Shown: positions 28,150 to 37,358, counted from the first letter of the stretch. The stretch is DNA of 56,081 nt from Clostridia bacterium (GCA_017455295.1 JAFTBJ010000118.1:1-56081); one strand, 5' to 3'. Translations and numbers: made by a program. The notes: generated by a model not told the origin, from the sequence alone.

Positions 28150-30093
28150 ATGATGAACCGACAGATACGCCAATCACTCTGTTTGATTTTGAGCCTGACG
28201 ACGATTCTGTTGCTGTTTTCCGGTTTTACGGGTTCTTCGTCTTTCAAGGTGACGCCGATTGGCGACGTCACCGGTGACGGCGGCGTCACATCTTCGGACG
28301 CGCGTTTGCTGATCTGCCATATCATCAAGAATACGGCGGGTACTCTCGACGCGCGGATTGCGGACTGCGATGAAAACGGAATGATCGACACGGCGGATGC
28401 TCGCGCGATTTTGAACCGTGCCATGCTGGAAACCCCGATCACGGCGGAGGGCTTGCCGCTCTCGTCCTATTCGGATATGACCGATGCGGACAGCGTGTCG
28501 GCATATGAGATGACCTGCGAATTGTCCGATACCTATAAGTTTTCGTGCGTGGCGGCCAAATCCATCCGCATCACCACGCTCAGCGGCAGCACGATCGCGA
28601 GCGGTGGAAGTACGATACAGGCGGATCTAACGGCGGGGAAGACGTATCACATCGCGATGCAGTCGCTCAAAGCCAATCAAAGCTTCACCATGAACGTGAC
28701 CGCTCAAAATCATGTGATTCGTCTGCCGTATGAAGCGCGCTTCACAAGCGATCCCGAAGATTATGAAACGACCGGCGTCTCGGGAAATCCGGTACAATCT
28801 GCCGAGATCGTGTATACCAAACGGGCGGGCGGCAAATATATTTATTCCAATAATCCCGAAAAACTGGCTTCGCAGGATATCGGACAGGCGCTGCTGCGCG
28901 ATGAGAATTTGACCGGCGACGTAGAGTTTACATGGGAACACAGCAACTTTTCCAAGCGATCCTTCTATCTCGGGTATCAGCTCAAAAACGACAGCGACCG
29001 GGATGCCTTCGTCACCGTGACCAATATCGGCATGCAGGTGCAGGGCGAATGGCTCGGTCAGAAAGCCTGGTCGGATTTCTACAACATCAAATTCGATCTG
29101 CCGGGCGACTATTTTGACGAAAACGGGCAGGAATCGGAACGGTATCAGGGGCAGGATTTTGTGGATTATACGCCGCGCGTGTTCCAGCCGACCACCTATC
29201 GCATCCCGGCGGGAGAGTATATTTATGTGCTCGGCGGCACATCGAACGATGCCTATAACAAAACCAATGTGGCAAATACTGCCGATAAAATAATCTATGC
29301 CGGCAAATGCACCAACGCCGTGGTCAAATTTCGCGTGTTCGGCAGCGCCGTCACCGGCACCTTGTATTGCTATACGAGCGCGTCGCAGGTGAAGGCGGAA
29401 CCGGCGGAACAGGGATATGTTGTGTCCCGTGCCAATTCGGACGGCGAACTGACCAACTACGGCGTGCAGTATAAAGGAAGCGCCGACCATCAGGGACTCA
29501 TCGAAACGAACATCGCCTGGACGGTCAACGACCAAACCAAAAGAGGCTATCTGCCGGTGACCTACAATTCCTACCACAGCAACACCAAGCCGGGCGATGG
29601 AGAACCCTATCGCTTGTTTGAAGGCACGGATCATCAGTTATCCATGGGCGGCTGGACAACGCACGCCAATCCGCAAAATCATTCGTATGCCATCGGCACC
29701 GATATGGTGGACTATGCTTGTGAAACGACCGACGGTACGCCGATCACCATTGATGTCAACCATGCGGACGGCACCGGTCGTGCCGCGAATCTCGGCAACT
29801 GGATGATCGATTATCAGGACAACTATACCTTTGTCAACCGGGGCAACACGGCGCGCACGATCACCATTCGCAAATATGCGGACGGCGCTTTGATGGCGAT
29901 GGTGCTGGATCGCGACGGCAATATCCTGTCGACCAAGTGTACCATTCAGCCGAGCCAAGGCAGTAAGACCGAATATAATTATGATATCTATGTGTTCACG
30001 TTGCAGCCTCATTCTGTGGAGCAGCTCACGGTGAATTTCATGCTGATGGGCAATTCAAGCGGGTCGGTCAGCAATGTTGTATGGATGGAATAA
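28150..30093 (+). CDS. uncharacterised conserved protein, unknown-family paralog 3 of 4 (signal peptide, N-terminal dockerin, PPC-like domain, core)
   Basis: The signal peptide is followed by GDVTGDGGVTSSDARLLICHII...DCDENGMIDTADARAILNRA. These are two EF-hand-like dockerin type I repeats (about 28258-28440). The shared core follows. Confidence 0.75.
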   Translation: MMNRQIRQSLCLILSLTTILLLFSGFTGSSSFKVTPIGDVTGDGGVTSSDARLLICHIIKNTAGTLDARIADCDENGMIDTADARAILNRAMLETPITAEGLPLSSYSDMTDADSVSAYEMTCELSDTYKFSCVAAKSIRITTLSGSTIASGGSTIQADLTAGKTYHIAMQSLKANQSFTMNVTAQNHVIRLPYEARFTSDPEDYETTGVSGNPVQSAEIVYTKRAGGKYIYSNNPEKLASQDIGQALLRDENLTGDVEFTWEHSNFSKRSFYLGYQLKNDSDRDAFVTVTNIGMQVQGEWLGQKAWSDFYNIKFDLPGDYFDENGQESERYQGQDFVDYTPRVFQPTTYRIPAGEYIYVLGGTSNDAYNKTNVANTADKIIYAGKCTNAVVKFRVFGSAVTGTLYCYTSASQVKAEPAEQGYVVSRANSDGELTNYGVQYKGSADHQGLIETNIAWTVNDQTKRGYLPVTYNSYHSNTKPGDGEPYRLFEGTDHQLSMGGWTTHANPQNHSYAIGTDMVDYACETTDGTPITIDVNHADGTGRAANLGNWMIDYQDNYTFVNRGNTARTITIRKYADGALMAMVLDRDGNILSTKCTIQPSQGSKTEYNYDIYVFTLQPHSVEQLTVNFMLMGNSSGSVSNVVWME

Positions 30094-30147
30094 GGGAAGA
30101 AAGACGCCTTTGACAACGTTACAAGCTCGCTTGAGAAAGGATGTTTT

Positions 30148-32100
30148 ATGATGAACTGCAGAATACGCCGATCTCTCGGTCTGCTTTTGAGCCTGACGAC
30201 GATCCTGCTGTTGTTTTCCGGCTTTACAAGTCCTTCGTCCGTCAAGGTGACGCCGATCGGTGACGTCACCGGTGACGGCGGCGTTACGTCGTCCGATGCG
30301 CGTGTGCTGATCCGGCGGATCGTGGAAGGCACATCCTTTGACGATGCGATGTGGGTATCCGATTGCGATGAAAACGGTCTTGTCGATACGACGGACGCCC
30401 GCGCTATTTTGACGCGTGCGATGCTGGAAACGCCGGTATCGGCGGCAGCGGAAGGCCTGCCGCTCTCGTCCTATTCGGACGTGACCGGTGCTAGCCGAAT
30501 GGCGGCATATGAGATGACCTGCGACTTGACCGATACCTATCTGTTTGAATGCGCCGCGGTGCAGGCGATCGAGATCATGACGCTCAGCGGCAATTCGATC
30601 GCCACCGGTCAGCTTTCTATGGAAGCGGCGCTCACAGCGGGCAAAACCTATCGCATCGAAGTCACCACCTTTTCTCCCAATCAAAGCTTCACGATGAACG
30701 TGACCGCCAAAAACCACGTCAAGCGTTTGCCGTATCAGGCGCACTTCACCTCCGATCCGGAGGATTACAGCACCACAAGCGCATCGTCTGCCAATCCGCT
30801 CCAGCGCGCCGAAGTCAACTATACCAAGCGCGAGGGTGGCACCTATATCTATGCCAACAACCCCGAGGTGCTGGCCAAACAGGACGTCGGTCAGGCGCTC
30901 TTACGGGATGAGGGACTCACCGGGGATGTGGAGTTCACCTGGGAGCACAGCAACCAGACCGGGCGTTCGATCTATCTCGGCTATCAGCTCAAAAACGAGG
31001 GGGACCGTGATGTATTCATCACCGTCACGAATGTCGGCATGCAGGTGCAGGGCGAGTGGCTCGGCCAACAGTCCTGGTCGGATTATTACAACATGAAGTT
31101 TGATCTGCCGCAGGATTATTTCAACGCCGACGGCAGCGTCGCGGAACCGTATGTGGGGCAGGATTTCATCGACTATACCCCGCGCGTGTTCCAGCCGACC
31201 ACCTATCGCCTTCCGGCCGGGCAGTACATCTATGTGGTCGGCGGCACGTCGAACGACGCATATAATAGAACGAATGTCGCGAACACGGCGAATAAGATGA
31301 TTTATGTCGGCAAATGCTCCAATGCCGTGGTGAAATTTCATGTGGCGGGCGGCAGCGTGACCGGCACCTTCTATTGCTACACCACCGCCTCGCAGGTGCA
31401 GGCAAATCCCGAGGAACAAGGCTATGTCGTGCTGCGAGAAAACACGTCGGGTGTCGAAACCAGCTACGGCGCGCAGTATAAAGGCAGCGCTTCGCATCAA
31501 GGCCTCATCGAAACCAACCTGGCATGGACTTTCAACGATAACACAACGAGCGGCAATCTGCCGGTGTCCTATACAAGCTACTATAACGACCGCTGGCACG
31601 CAGTGGGCGACGCCTATCGCGTGCTGCCCGGTGTGGATCACACGGTCAGCCGCAGCTATTGGACGACTCATATCAACCCGCAGGCAAACCATGTCGGCGT
31701 TGGTGTGGATATGGTGGAGTATGCGTGCGAAACGGTCACCGGCGATCCGGTGGTGATCGACGTCAACCATGCGGACGGCCGCGGCAAGGCGGCGAACCTC
31801 GGCAACTGGATGATCGACTATCAGGATAACTACACCTTTGTCAACCAGGGCAACCGCGATCGCGAGATCACCGTTCATAAAAGCGCGAACGGCGCGCTCA
31901 TGGCGTTCATTATGGATCGTGACGGCAACGTACTTGCTACCAAATGTACGATCCAGCAACTCAACGGCGGCAAATCGTCCTATAACTACGATATTTACAC
32001 GATGACCATTCCAGCCCATTCGGTCGTGCAGATCACGGCAAGCTTCCTCTTGATGGGCAACTCGAACGGCAATGTGACCAATTCGGTTTACTTGAAATAA
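30148..32100 (+). CDS. uncharacterised conserved protein, unknown-family paralog 4 of 4 (signal peptide, N-terminal dockerin, PPC-like domain, core)
   Basis: GDVTGDGGVTSSDARVLIRRIV...DCDENGLVDTTDARAILTRA dockerin (about 30259-30450). Same architecture as paralog 3. The leader GAAAGGATGTTTTATGATGAAC is identical to that of paralog 3. Confidence 0.75.
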   Translation: MMNCRIRRSLGLLLSLTTILLLFSGFTSPSSVKVTPIGDVTGDGGVTSSDARVLIRRIVEGTSFDDAMWVSDCDENGLVDTTDARAILTRAMLETPVSAAAEGLPLSSYSDVTGASRMAAYEMTCDLTDTYLFECAAVQAIEIMTLSGNSIATGQLSMEAALTAGKTYRIEVTTFSPNQSFTMNVTAKNHVKRLPYQAHFTSDPEDYSTTSASSANPLQRAEVNYTKREGGTYIYANNPEVLAKQDVGQALLRDEGLTGDVEFTWEHSNQTGRSIYLGYQLKNEGDRDVFITVTNVGMQVQGEWLGQQSWSDYYNMKFDLPQDYFNADGSVAEPYVGQDFIDYTPRVFQPTTYRLPAGQYIYVVGGTSNDAYNRTNVANTANKMIYVGKCSNAVVKFHVAGGSVTGTFYCYTTASQVQANPEEQGYVVLRENTSGVETSYGAQYKGSASHQGLIETNLAWTFNDNTTSGNLPVSYTSYYNDRWHAVGDAYRVLPGVDHTVSRSYWTTHINPQANHVGVGVDMVEYACETVTGDPVVIDVNHADGRGKAANLGNWMIDYQDNYTFVNQGNRDREITVHKSANGALMAFIMDRDGNVLATKCTIQQLNGGKSSYNYDIYTMTIPAHSVVQITASFLLMGNSNGNVTNSVYLK

Positions 32101-32112
32101 GGAGAGCGTTTT

Positions 32113-33987
32113 ATGAAAGTCTATTTGAAAAATGATTGCGAAGAGCTGCAAGCCGGTTTGCAGGCACTTGTCTGCTGCGGCATCGAAGAAGCGGATGAGA
32201 TGACGGCGGATGTCCTTGTCACCGCCGAAAAGCGGGAGGCGGGGCTTTCCGTGTCGTTTGACGGGAAAGAAGCGACGATCGGCTACAGCCGTCGGGTGGA
32301 ATTTTTCCGCGGTCTGTCGCATGTACTGGGCGCGTTTGCGGCGGGCAAGTCGACGGACGTTTCCGAAACGGCCGCCTTTTGCTCCAACGGCTTCATGCTC
32401 GATTGTTCCCGCAACGCTGCGCCGAAAGTGGAGACCATCTATGAGGTGCTGGCGCGTATGGCGTTGATGGGGCTCAACACTATGCAGCTCTATACGGAAG
32501 ACATGTACACTCTTGACGAGCGCCCCTATTTCGGTTATATGCGCGGGCGGTATACCGACGAGGAACTGAAAGCGGTGGACGATCGGGCGTATGCGCTCGG
32601 CATCGAGGTGATCCCCTGTATCCAGACGCTTGCGCATCTCGCGACCGTGTTGCGCTGGGACGCCTTTCGCCCGTTGGTCGACTGCAACGATATCATGATG
32701 GCGGGCGAGGACAGCACCTATGAATTTGTGACCGAGATGATTGCCAAAATGCGCCGCTGCTTTAGAAGCCGGCATATCAACATCGGCATGGACGAAGCGT
32801 TTATGATCGGCCTTGGTAACTATATGAAAAAGCACGGGCTTCGCCCGCGTACGGATATCATGTGTGAGCATATCGCCCGCGTACAGACCATCTGCGACAA
32901 ATACGATTTCAAACCGATGATGTGGAGCGATATGTTCTTCCATCTCGCACAGGGCGGTTATAACGAAGCGACTATCCCCGAGGAGGTCATCGAGAAGGTT
33001 CCCGAAGGCGTTTCGCTGGTTTATTGGGAGTATTACGTCACCGATCAGGAAACGTATGCCCGCGTGATGAGCCAGCACAAACAATTCCGCAATCCCATTG
33101 TGTTTGCGGGCTGTGCGTGGAAATGGAACGGCCTGTTGCCGGAGTTGAAGCACAGCCTGTCCGTCTCCCGCATGGCGCTGGCCGAATGTATCCACCACGA
33201 CATTCGCGACGTGTTTGCGACCGCGTGGGGGGACGATGGTGCGGAGTGCCCGCTCTTTGTGGTGCTGCCGGTGCTGCAGCTGTATGCAGAATTCGACTAT
33301 AGCGGTGGCGCCGTGACGGATGAACAGCTGCGCGAGCGATTTGCCGCCTGTACCGGCGGCAATCTGGAGGATTTCCTGCTGCTCGACAAACCCAATCGCA
33401 CCACAGAGAATCAACCGGCGATCGGTCTCAACCCGACCAAATATTTGCTCTATCAAGATATCCTGCAGGGACTTTTCGATCGCCATGTGGACGAGGAAAC
33501 CTTCCCCGCGTTCTTTGCCGGGGTGCGGGATGAGCTGCGAGCGGCCGGCGAGCGCAATCCGCAATATCGCTATTTGTTTGAATATGAAGCGGCGCTGTGC
33601 GATCTGCTCGCCGATAAATGCACAGCGGGCATCGCGATCCGCCGCGCCTATCTGGAAAACGACCGCGAGACCCTCGAACGCTATGCGACCGAATGGCTGC
33701 CGATGATCGACGAAGAGCTGCGCGGCTTTACCGATCTCTTCTATGACGGCTGGATGAGAGAAAACAAAGCATTCGGATTTGACACGATCGACCTGCGACT
33801 CGGCGGCCTGCACAACCGCCTCATCACCGCCGAAAAACGTCTCTTGGCGTATCTCAGCGGCGAGGTCGACCGCTTGGAAGAACTGGAAGAACCACGGTTG
33901 TTCTTTGATAATCGCGCAGATGATAAAGCGGATCCCAATACATTCTGCAACACCTGGACGCGCATCGCAACCGCGTCGGTCTTTTGA
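32113..33987 (+). CDS. GH20 family beta-N-acetylhexosaminidase, cytoplasmic
   Basis: Carries GFMLDCSRNAAP, LNTMQLYTEDMY, GRYTDEELKAVDDRAYALGIEVIPCIQTLAHL and HINIGMDEAF. The last block is the GH20 H-x-G-x-D-E catalytic pair. There is no signal peptide. Confidence 0.8.
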   Translation: MKVYLKNDCEELQAGLQALVCCGIEEADEMTADVLVTAEKREAGLSVSFDGKEATIGYSRRVEFFRGLSHVLGAFAAGKSTDVSETAAFCSNGFMLDCSRNAAPKVETIYEVLARMALMGLNTMQLYTEDMYTLDERPYFGYMRGRYTDEELKAVDDRAYALGIEVIPCIQTLAHLATVLRWDAFRPLVDCNDIMMAGEDSTYEFVTEMIAKMRRCFRSRHINIGMDEAFMIGLGNYMKKHGLRPRTDIMCEHIARVQTICDKYDFKPMMWSDMFFHLAQGGYNEATIPEEVIEKVPEGVSLVYWEYYVTDQETYARVMSQHKQFRNPIVFAGCAWKWNGLLPELKHSLSVSRMALAECIHHDIRDVFATAWGDDGAECPLFVVLPVLQLYAEFDYSGGAVTDEQLRERFAACTGGNLEDFLLLDKPNRTTENQPAIGLNPTKYLLYQDILQGLFDRHVDEETFPAFFAGVRDELRAAGERNPQYRYLFEYEAALCDLLADKCTAGIAIRRAYLENDRETLERYATEWLPMIDEELRGFTDLFYDGWMRENKAFGFDTIDLRLGGLHNRLITAEKRLLAYLSGEVDRLEELEEPRLFFDNRADDKADPNTFCNTWTRIATASVF

Positions 33988-34008
33988 GTCAAGAAAGGGG
34001 AGAACGAT

Positions 34009-35358
34009 ATGAAAAAGATACTTTCCATCATGTTGTCTGCGTCGCTGCTGCTAACGCTTTTTGCGGCGTTTGCCACGACGTCGGTTTCGGCGTCCGGCAA
34101 AGGTGACGTCGACAACGACGGCTACATCACCACCTCGGACGTGCGCACGACACTCAAAGCCTGCGTCGGCTCCGAAACGCTTGCCATCAAACAAACGTGG
34201 TGGGCGGATTATGACGTTGACGGCAGCATCTCCACGTCCGATGTGCGGCTGCTGCTGAAAGTCGTACTGACAACGGAGGATAATCGTGCGATCGACTATG
34301 TGAACGTCACCGGGAAAAACACGTTCGGGGATCGGTCGGTGTCGATCGTCGGCGACAGCATCTCCTATGGTGCCGGTTCAAACGGCGATGTGGCGACCAA
34401 CAGCTATGTCGGCATTATCCGGAGCGCCATCAATCAAAAAACCGGCAGCAACAACTATGGTTTTGCTTCCATCCGCGCCAGAACATGGGGCGAAAATCCG
34501 GCATTTGAGATCCATGATTGGCCGACCAAGGGCGGCGAGTGGGAAACCGAGATCCGCGATCGGGACAACCTGATCGGTGACGGTTTCTTCTCGACGGGGC
34601 ATTGGAACTATTTGGACGTGAAAGTGCGCGAAGGGTATAATTATCAATACTTCTGCGTGTACTATCAAAAAGGCCCCGGCCGCGGCATCTTCTCGGTGGC
34701 AAGCGACAGCTCCGATAAAACGACGCTCGACGGCCAGCAGAACTTTGTCTGCGAAGCGGACAGCGAAACGCCCGCCCGCACCGGCTTTTATCGCATGAGC
34801 GATTTCGATAATCGCACCATCCGCATCACCGTCCAGACCGACGGCAAACCGGTCACCATCACCGGCATAGGCTATTATAACGACCTGACCGGCGTGGTGG
34901 TCAATAACTATTCCTGCCCCGGCCTGTCGCTCGCCGGCTCCCGAACCAGCGAGACCTCGGGCGTCACCAAGAAGGTGCTCGGCATCGCCGCCAAAGCGGA
35001 CACCGTCATCTTCGCGCTAGGCTATAACGACTCGCACTTCTCGGTCGACCCGTCCTTCTTCTCTGAGAAGATCGATTATCTCATCGAGCAGATCAATCAA
35101 AACGGGTCGCACCTGATCGTCAACGATATGTGCTGGTATATCCCGTCGGTGACGAGCATTTCCATGAATAAAGACCTGATCGATTTCTATAAAGGAGAGC
35201 TCAAGCGCCTGGCCCGCGAGACAGGCGGCGTCTATCTCGATCAGCAGGCGATCCACGGCGACGCGGTGCTGCAATATATTTATGACGGTGCCCATCCGAA
35301 TCCCGACGGGCATTGGGTCATTGCGGACACGATCCTGCAGGCGATGGGTTTGCGCTGA
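34009..35358 (+). CDS. secreted SGNH/GDSL-type esterase with N-terminal dockerin
   Basis: The signal peptide is followed by GDVDNDGYITTSDVRTTL...ADYDVDGSISTSDVRLLLKVV (dockerin, about 34099-34272). Block I is IVGDSISYGAGS. Block V is DGAHPNPDGH. Confidence 0.8.
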   Translation: MKKILSIMLSASLLLTLFAAFATTSVSASGKGDVDNDGYITTSDVRTTLKACVGSETLAIKQTWWADYDVDGSISTSDVRLLLKVVLTTEDNRAIDYVNVTGKNTFGDRSVSIVGDSISYGAGSNGDVATNSYVGIIRSAINQKTGSNNYGFASIRARTWGENPAFEIHDWPTKGGEWETEIRDRDNLIGDGFFSTGHWNYLDVKVREGYNYQYFCVYYQKGPGRGIFSVASDSSDKTTLDGQQNFVCEADSETPARTGFYRMSDFDNRTIRITVQTDGKPVTITGIGYYNDLTGVVVNNYSCPGLSLAGSRTSETSGVTKKVLGIAAKADTVIFALGYNDSHFSVDPSFFSEKIDYLIEQINQNGSHLIVNDMCWYIPSVTSISMNKDLIDFYKGELKRLARETGGVYLDQQAIHGDAVLQYIYDGAHPNPDGHWVIADTILQAMGLR

Positions 35359-35372
35359 AAGCGGGGAACACC

Positions 35373-36584
35373 ATGATGAAACGAATATGCGGAATTCTTT
35401 TGGCAGGAGCGATGCTTATGGCGATGTGCAGCGGTTGTACACCGACCGATCCGTGGGATCGGATCGGCAGCGAGTTTGTTCGTGCAGATAAAGTGGATGC
35501 AATGGGTGAGCATGCCATCACCATTCTCGGCGACAGCATCAGCCACGGCGCCAACGCGGAGGATATTGCAAACGACAGTTGGGTCGCCCTATTCAAAAAG
35601 GCGATCAACGCCAAAACCGGCAGCGACAACTACGGCTATACCTCGACCGAGGGAACGCTGTGGAATGCAAACGGCACCTATACGGAGCTGCACGCCTTCC
35701 CGAAAAGCAACAACGGCTTCAAGGATCGTGGTGACAAAGGCGTCGGCTGGACGGAATACCGTTCGGCGGAACTGCTCGGTACCAAAGGACTCGGCAGCAG
35801 CAAGAAAGGCGATTGGCTGCAATTTGAACCTTCGACGCTTTATCCTTATTTTCGGGTTTACTATGAAGCGGGCTCGAAATACGGCCGCTTCACGGTCGGC
35901 GGAGGAGACGGCGAAACGATCGCGGATGTAAACGGCGAAACGGTCGTGGATTGCCATGCGGACGAGCGGAGCTATGCCCGCACGGCGCTGTATGACAGCT
36001 CGCTGCTTGGCGACAGCGTCATCCGCATTACAGCGGATTCCGATGAGCAGGTGCTGATCACCGGTATTGCCTATTACAGCCATCCCGACGGTGTGGTGGT
36101 CAACAATTACAGCAACAGTGGCCTGCAGTTTGCCGGTACCGGCAAAGCACAGAACGGCAATATGACCGGCCTTGACGACAGTATCGTGGACTTTGCCGTC
36201 ACATCCGGCACACTGATCTTCGCACTCGGCTATAACGATAGCCATTATTTTGACGACTATAAACTGTTTTCTCAAAAGATCGACCATCTCATCGAGGTCG
36301 CCAACGCAAACGGCACCAGCGTGATCGTCAACGACCTTTGCTGGGATTTTGATGAGGGCGACGACAAATACCACGACCGCTACCAGTTCCTGACAGATAT
36401 CCGCGACGAACTGCGTCGCCTGGCAGAGGAGACGAATGGCCTGTACGTCAGTGCACAAGAGATCTATGGGCAGGAGCTGCTCGATACCATTGCCGACGGC
36501 GCACATCCTTCGGCAGAAGGACACCGCATGATTGCGCAGGCGCTGCTCGATGCAGTCGGTGTGCCGATGGCGGAAGACGCATGA
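35373..36584 (+). CDS. SGNH/GDSL-type esterase lipoprotein
   Basis: Lipobox is AMCSGC. Block I is ILGDSISHGAN. FALGYNDSH is shared with 34009-35358. Block V is DGAHPSAEGH. The track start 35313 overlaps the previous gene and lacks a signal peptide, so ATG 35373 is preferred. Confidence 0.8.
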   Translation: MMKRICGILLAGAMLMAMCSGCTPTDPWDRIGSEFVRADKVDAMGEHAITILGDSISHGANAEDIANDSWVALFKKAINAKTGSDNYGYTSTEGTLWNANGTYTELHAFPKSNNGFKDRGDKGVGWTEYRSAELLGTKGLGSSKKGDWLQFEPSTLYPYFRVYYEAGSKYGRFTVGGGDGETIADVNGETVVDCHADERSYARTALYDSSLLGDSVIRITADSDEQVLITGIAYYSHPDGVVVNNYSNSGLQFAGTGKAQNGNMTGLDDSIVDFAVTSGTLIFALGYNDSHYFDDYKLFSQKIDHLIEVANANGTSVIVNDLCWDFDEGDDKYHDRYQFLTDIRDELRRLAEETNGLYVSAQEIYGQELLDTIADGAHPSAEGHRMIAQALLDAVGVPMAEDA

Positions 36585-36596
36585 CGGAGGGATATC

Positions 36597-37358
36597 GTGA
36601 GTCAAAAAGCATCCTATGAACAGGGGAGCGGCAGCCTCGTCAAGACCGCGGCCAAAGTGTTTGGCTATACCGTGATGGCCGCGGTGATGAGCCTCTTTTT
36701 GAGCTTTTCGATCAATATGCTGTCCGCCGGTCTTTTCACCGAAACGATCGGCTACAAAGAATATGAAAATGTAGACGGACAAGCGGTGCTGATCGATACC
36801 GTCTATTTTGAAGAAGGCGAGACGTACAGCAGTTCGCAGGTGGTCAACGACGATGATCGTTTGATTTCGCGGGAATTGATCACCCGGCCGAAAAATGACG
36901 TCTGTGCGGGACTGGCGGTGGCGGCGGAGATTCTCAAACAGCTGCTGATGCTGGCGCTGCTGCTGGGGCTTCCCGGCTATCTGCTTCATCGAGAGGGAGA
37001 CCGTGACCGCAATTTGGTGGATCATCACGATGAGGTGCCGCAGCCGCTCAAAGGGCTTTGGGCCGGCTCGCTGGCTTCTGTCCCGGCCGCGTGTGTTTAT
37101 GCACTGCTGGCGCTCGGAAAAGCCGGCGTTTGGTCAGATGCGGCGCAGGGGATTTATCGCTTTTTCAACACCCCATGGCTGCCGATCGTCAACGTGATTA
37201 TGCCGCAGGAAGTATACCCCGCGACGGCGGTCGAGGTGTGGCAGCTTTTGCTGCTTGCGCTGCTGTTGCTGCCGGTTCCGGCGGCGTGCGCGGCGGCGTA
37301 TGTCGTCGGCTATCGCCGCCTGATCCGCCCGAAGAAAAAGAAAAAGAAAAAAGCATAA
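36597..37358 (+). CDS. membrane protein of unknown function (about 4 TM) with poly-Lys tail
   Basis: GTG start with GGAGGG 6 nt upstream. Hydrophobic segments include YTVMAAVMSLFLSFSINMLSAGLF, LLMLALLLGLPGYLL, AACVYALLALG and LLLLALLLLPVPAACAAAYVVG. It ends PKKKKKKKA. Confidence 0.6.
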   Translation: MSQKASYEQGSGSLVKTAAKVFGYTVMAAVMSLFLSFSINMLSAGLFTETIGYKEYENVDGQAVLIDTVYFEEGETYSSSQVVNDDDRLISRELITRPKNDVCAGLAVAAEILKQLLMLALLLGLPGYLLHREGDRDRNLVDHHDEVPQPLKGLWAGSLASVPAACVYALLALGKAGVWSDAAQGIYRFFNTPWLPIVNVIMPQEVYPATAVEVWQLLLLALLLLPVPAACAAAYVVGYRRLIRPKKKKKKKA

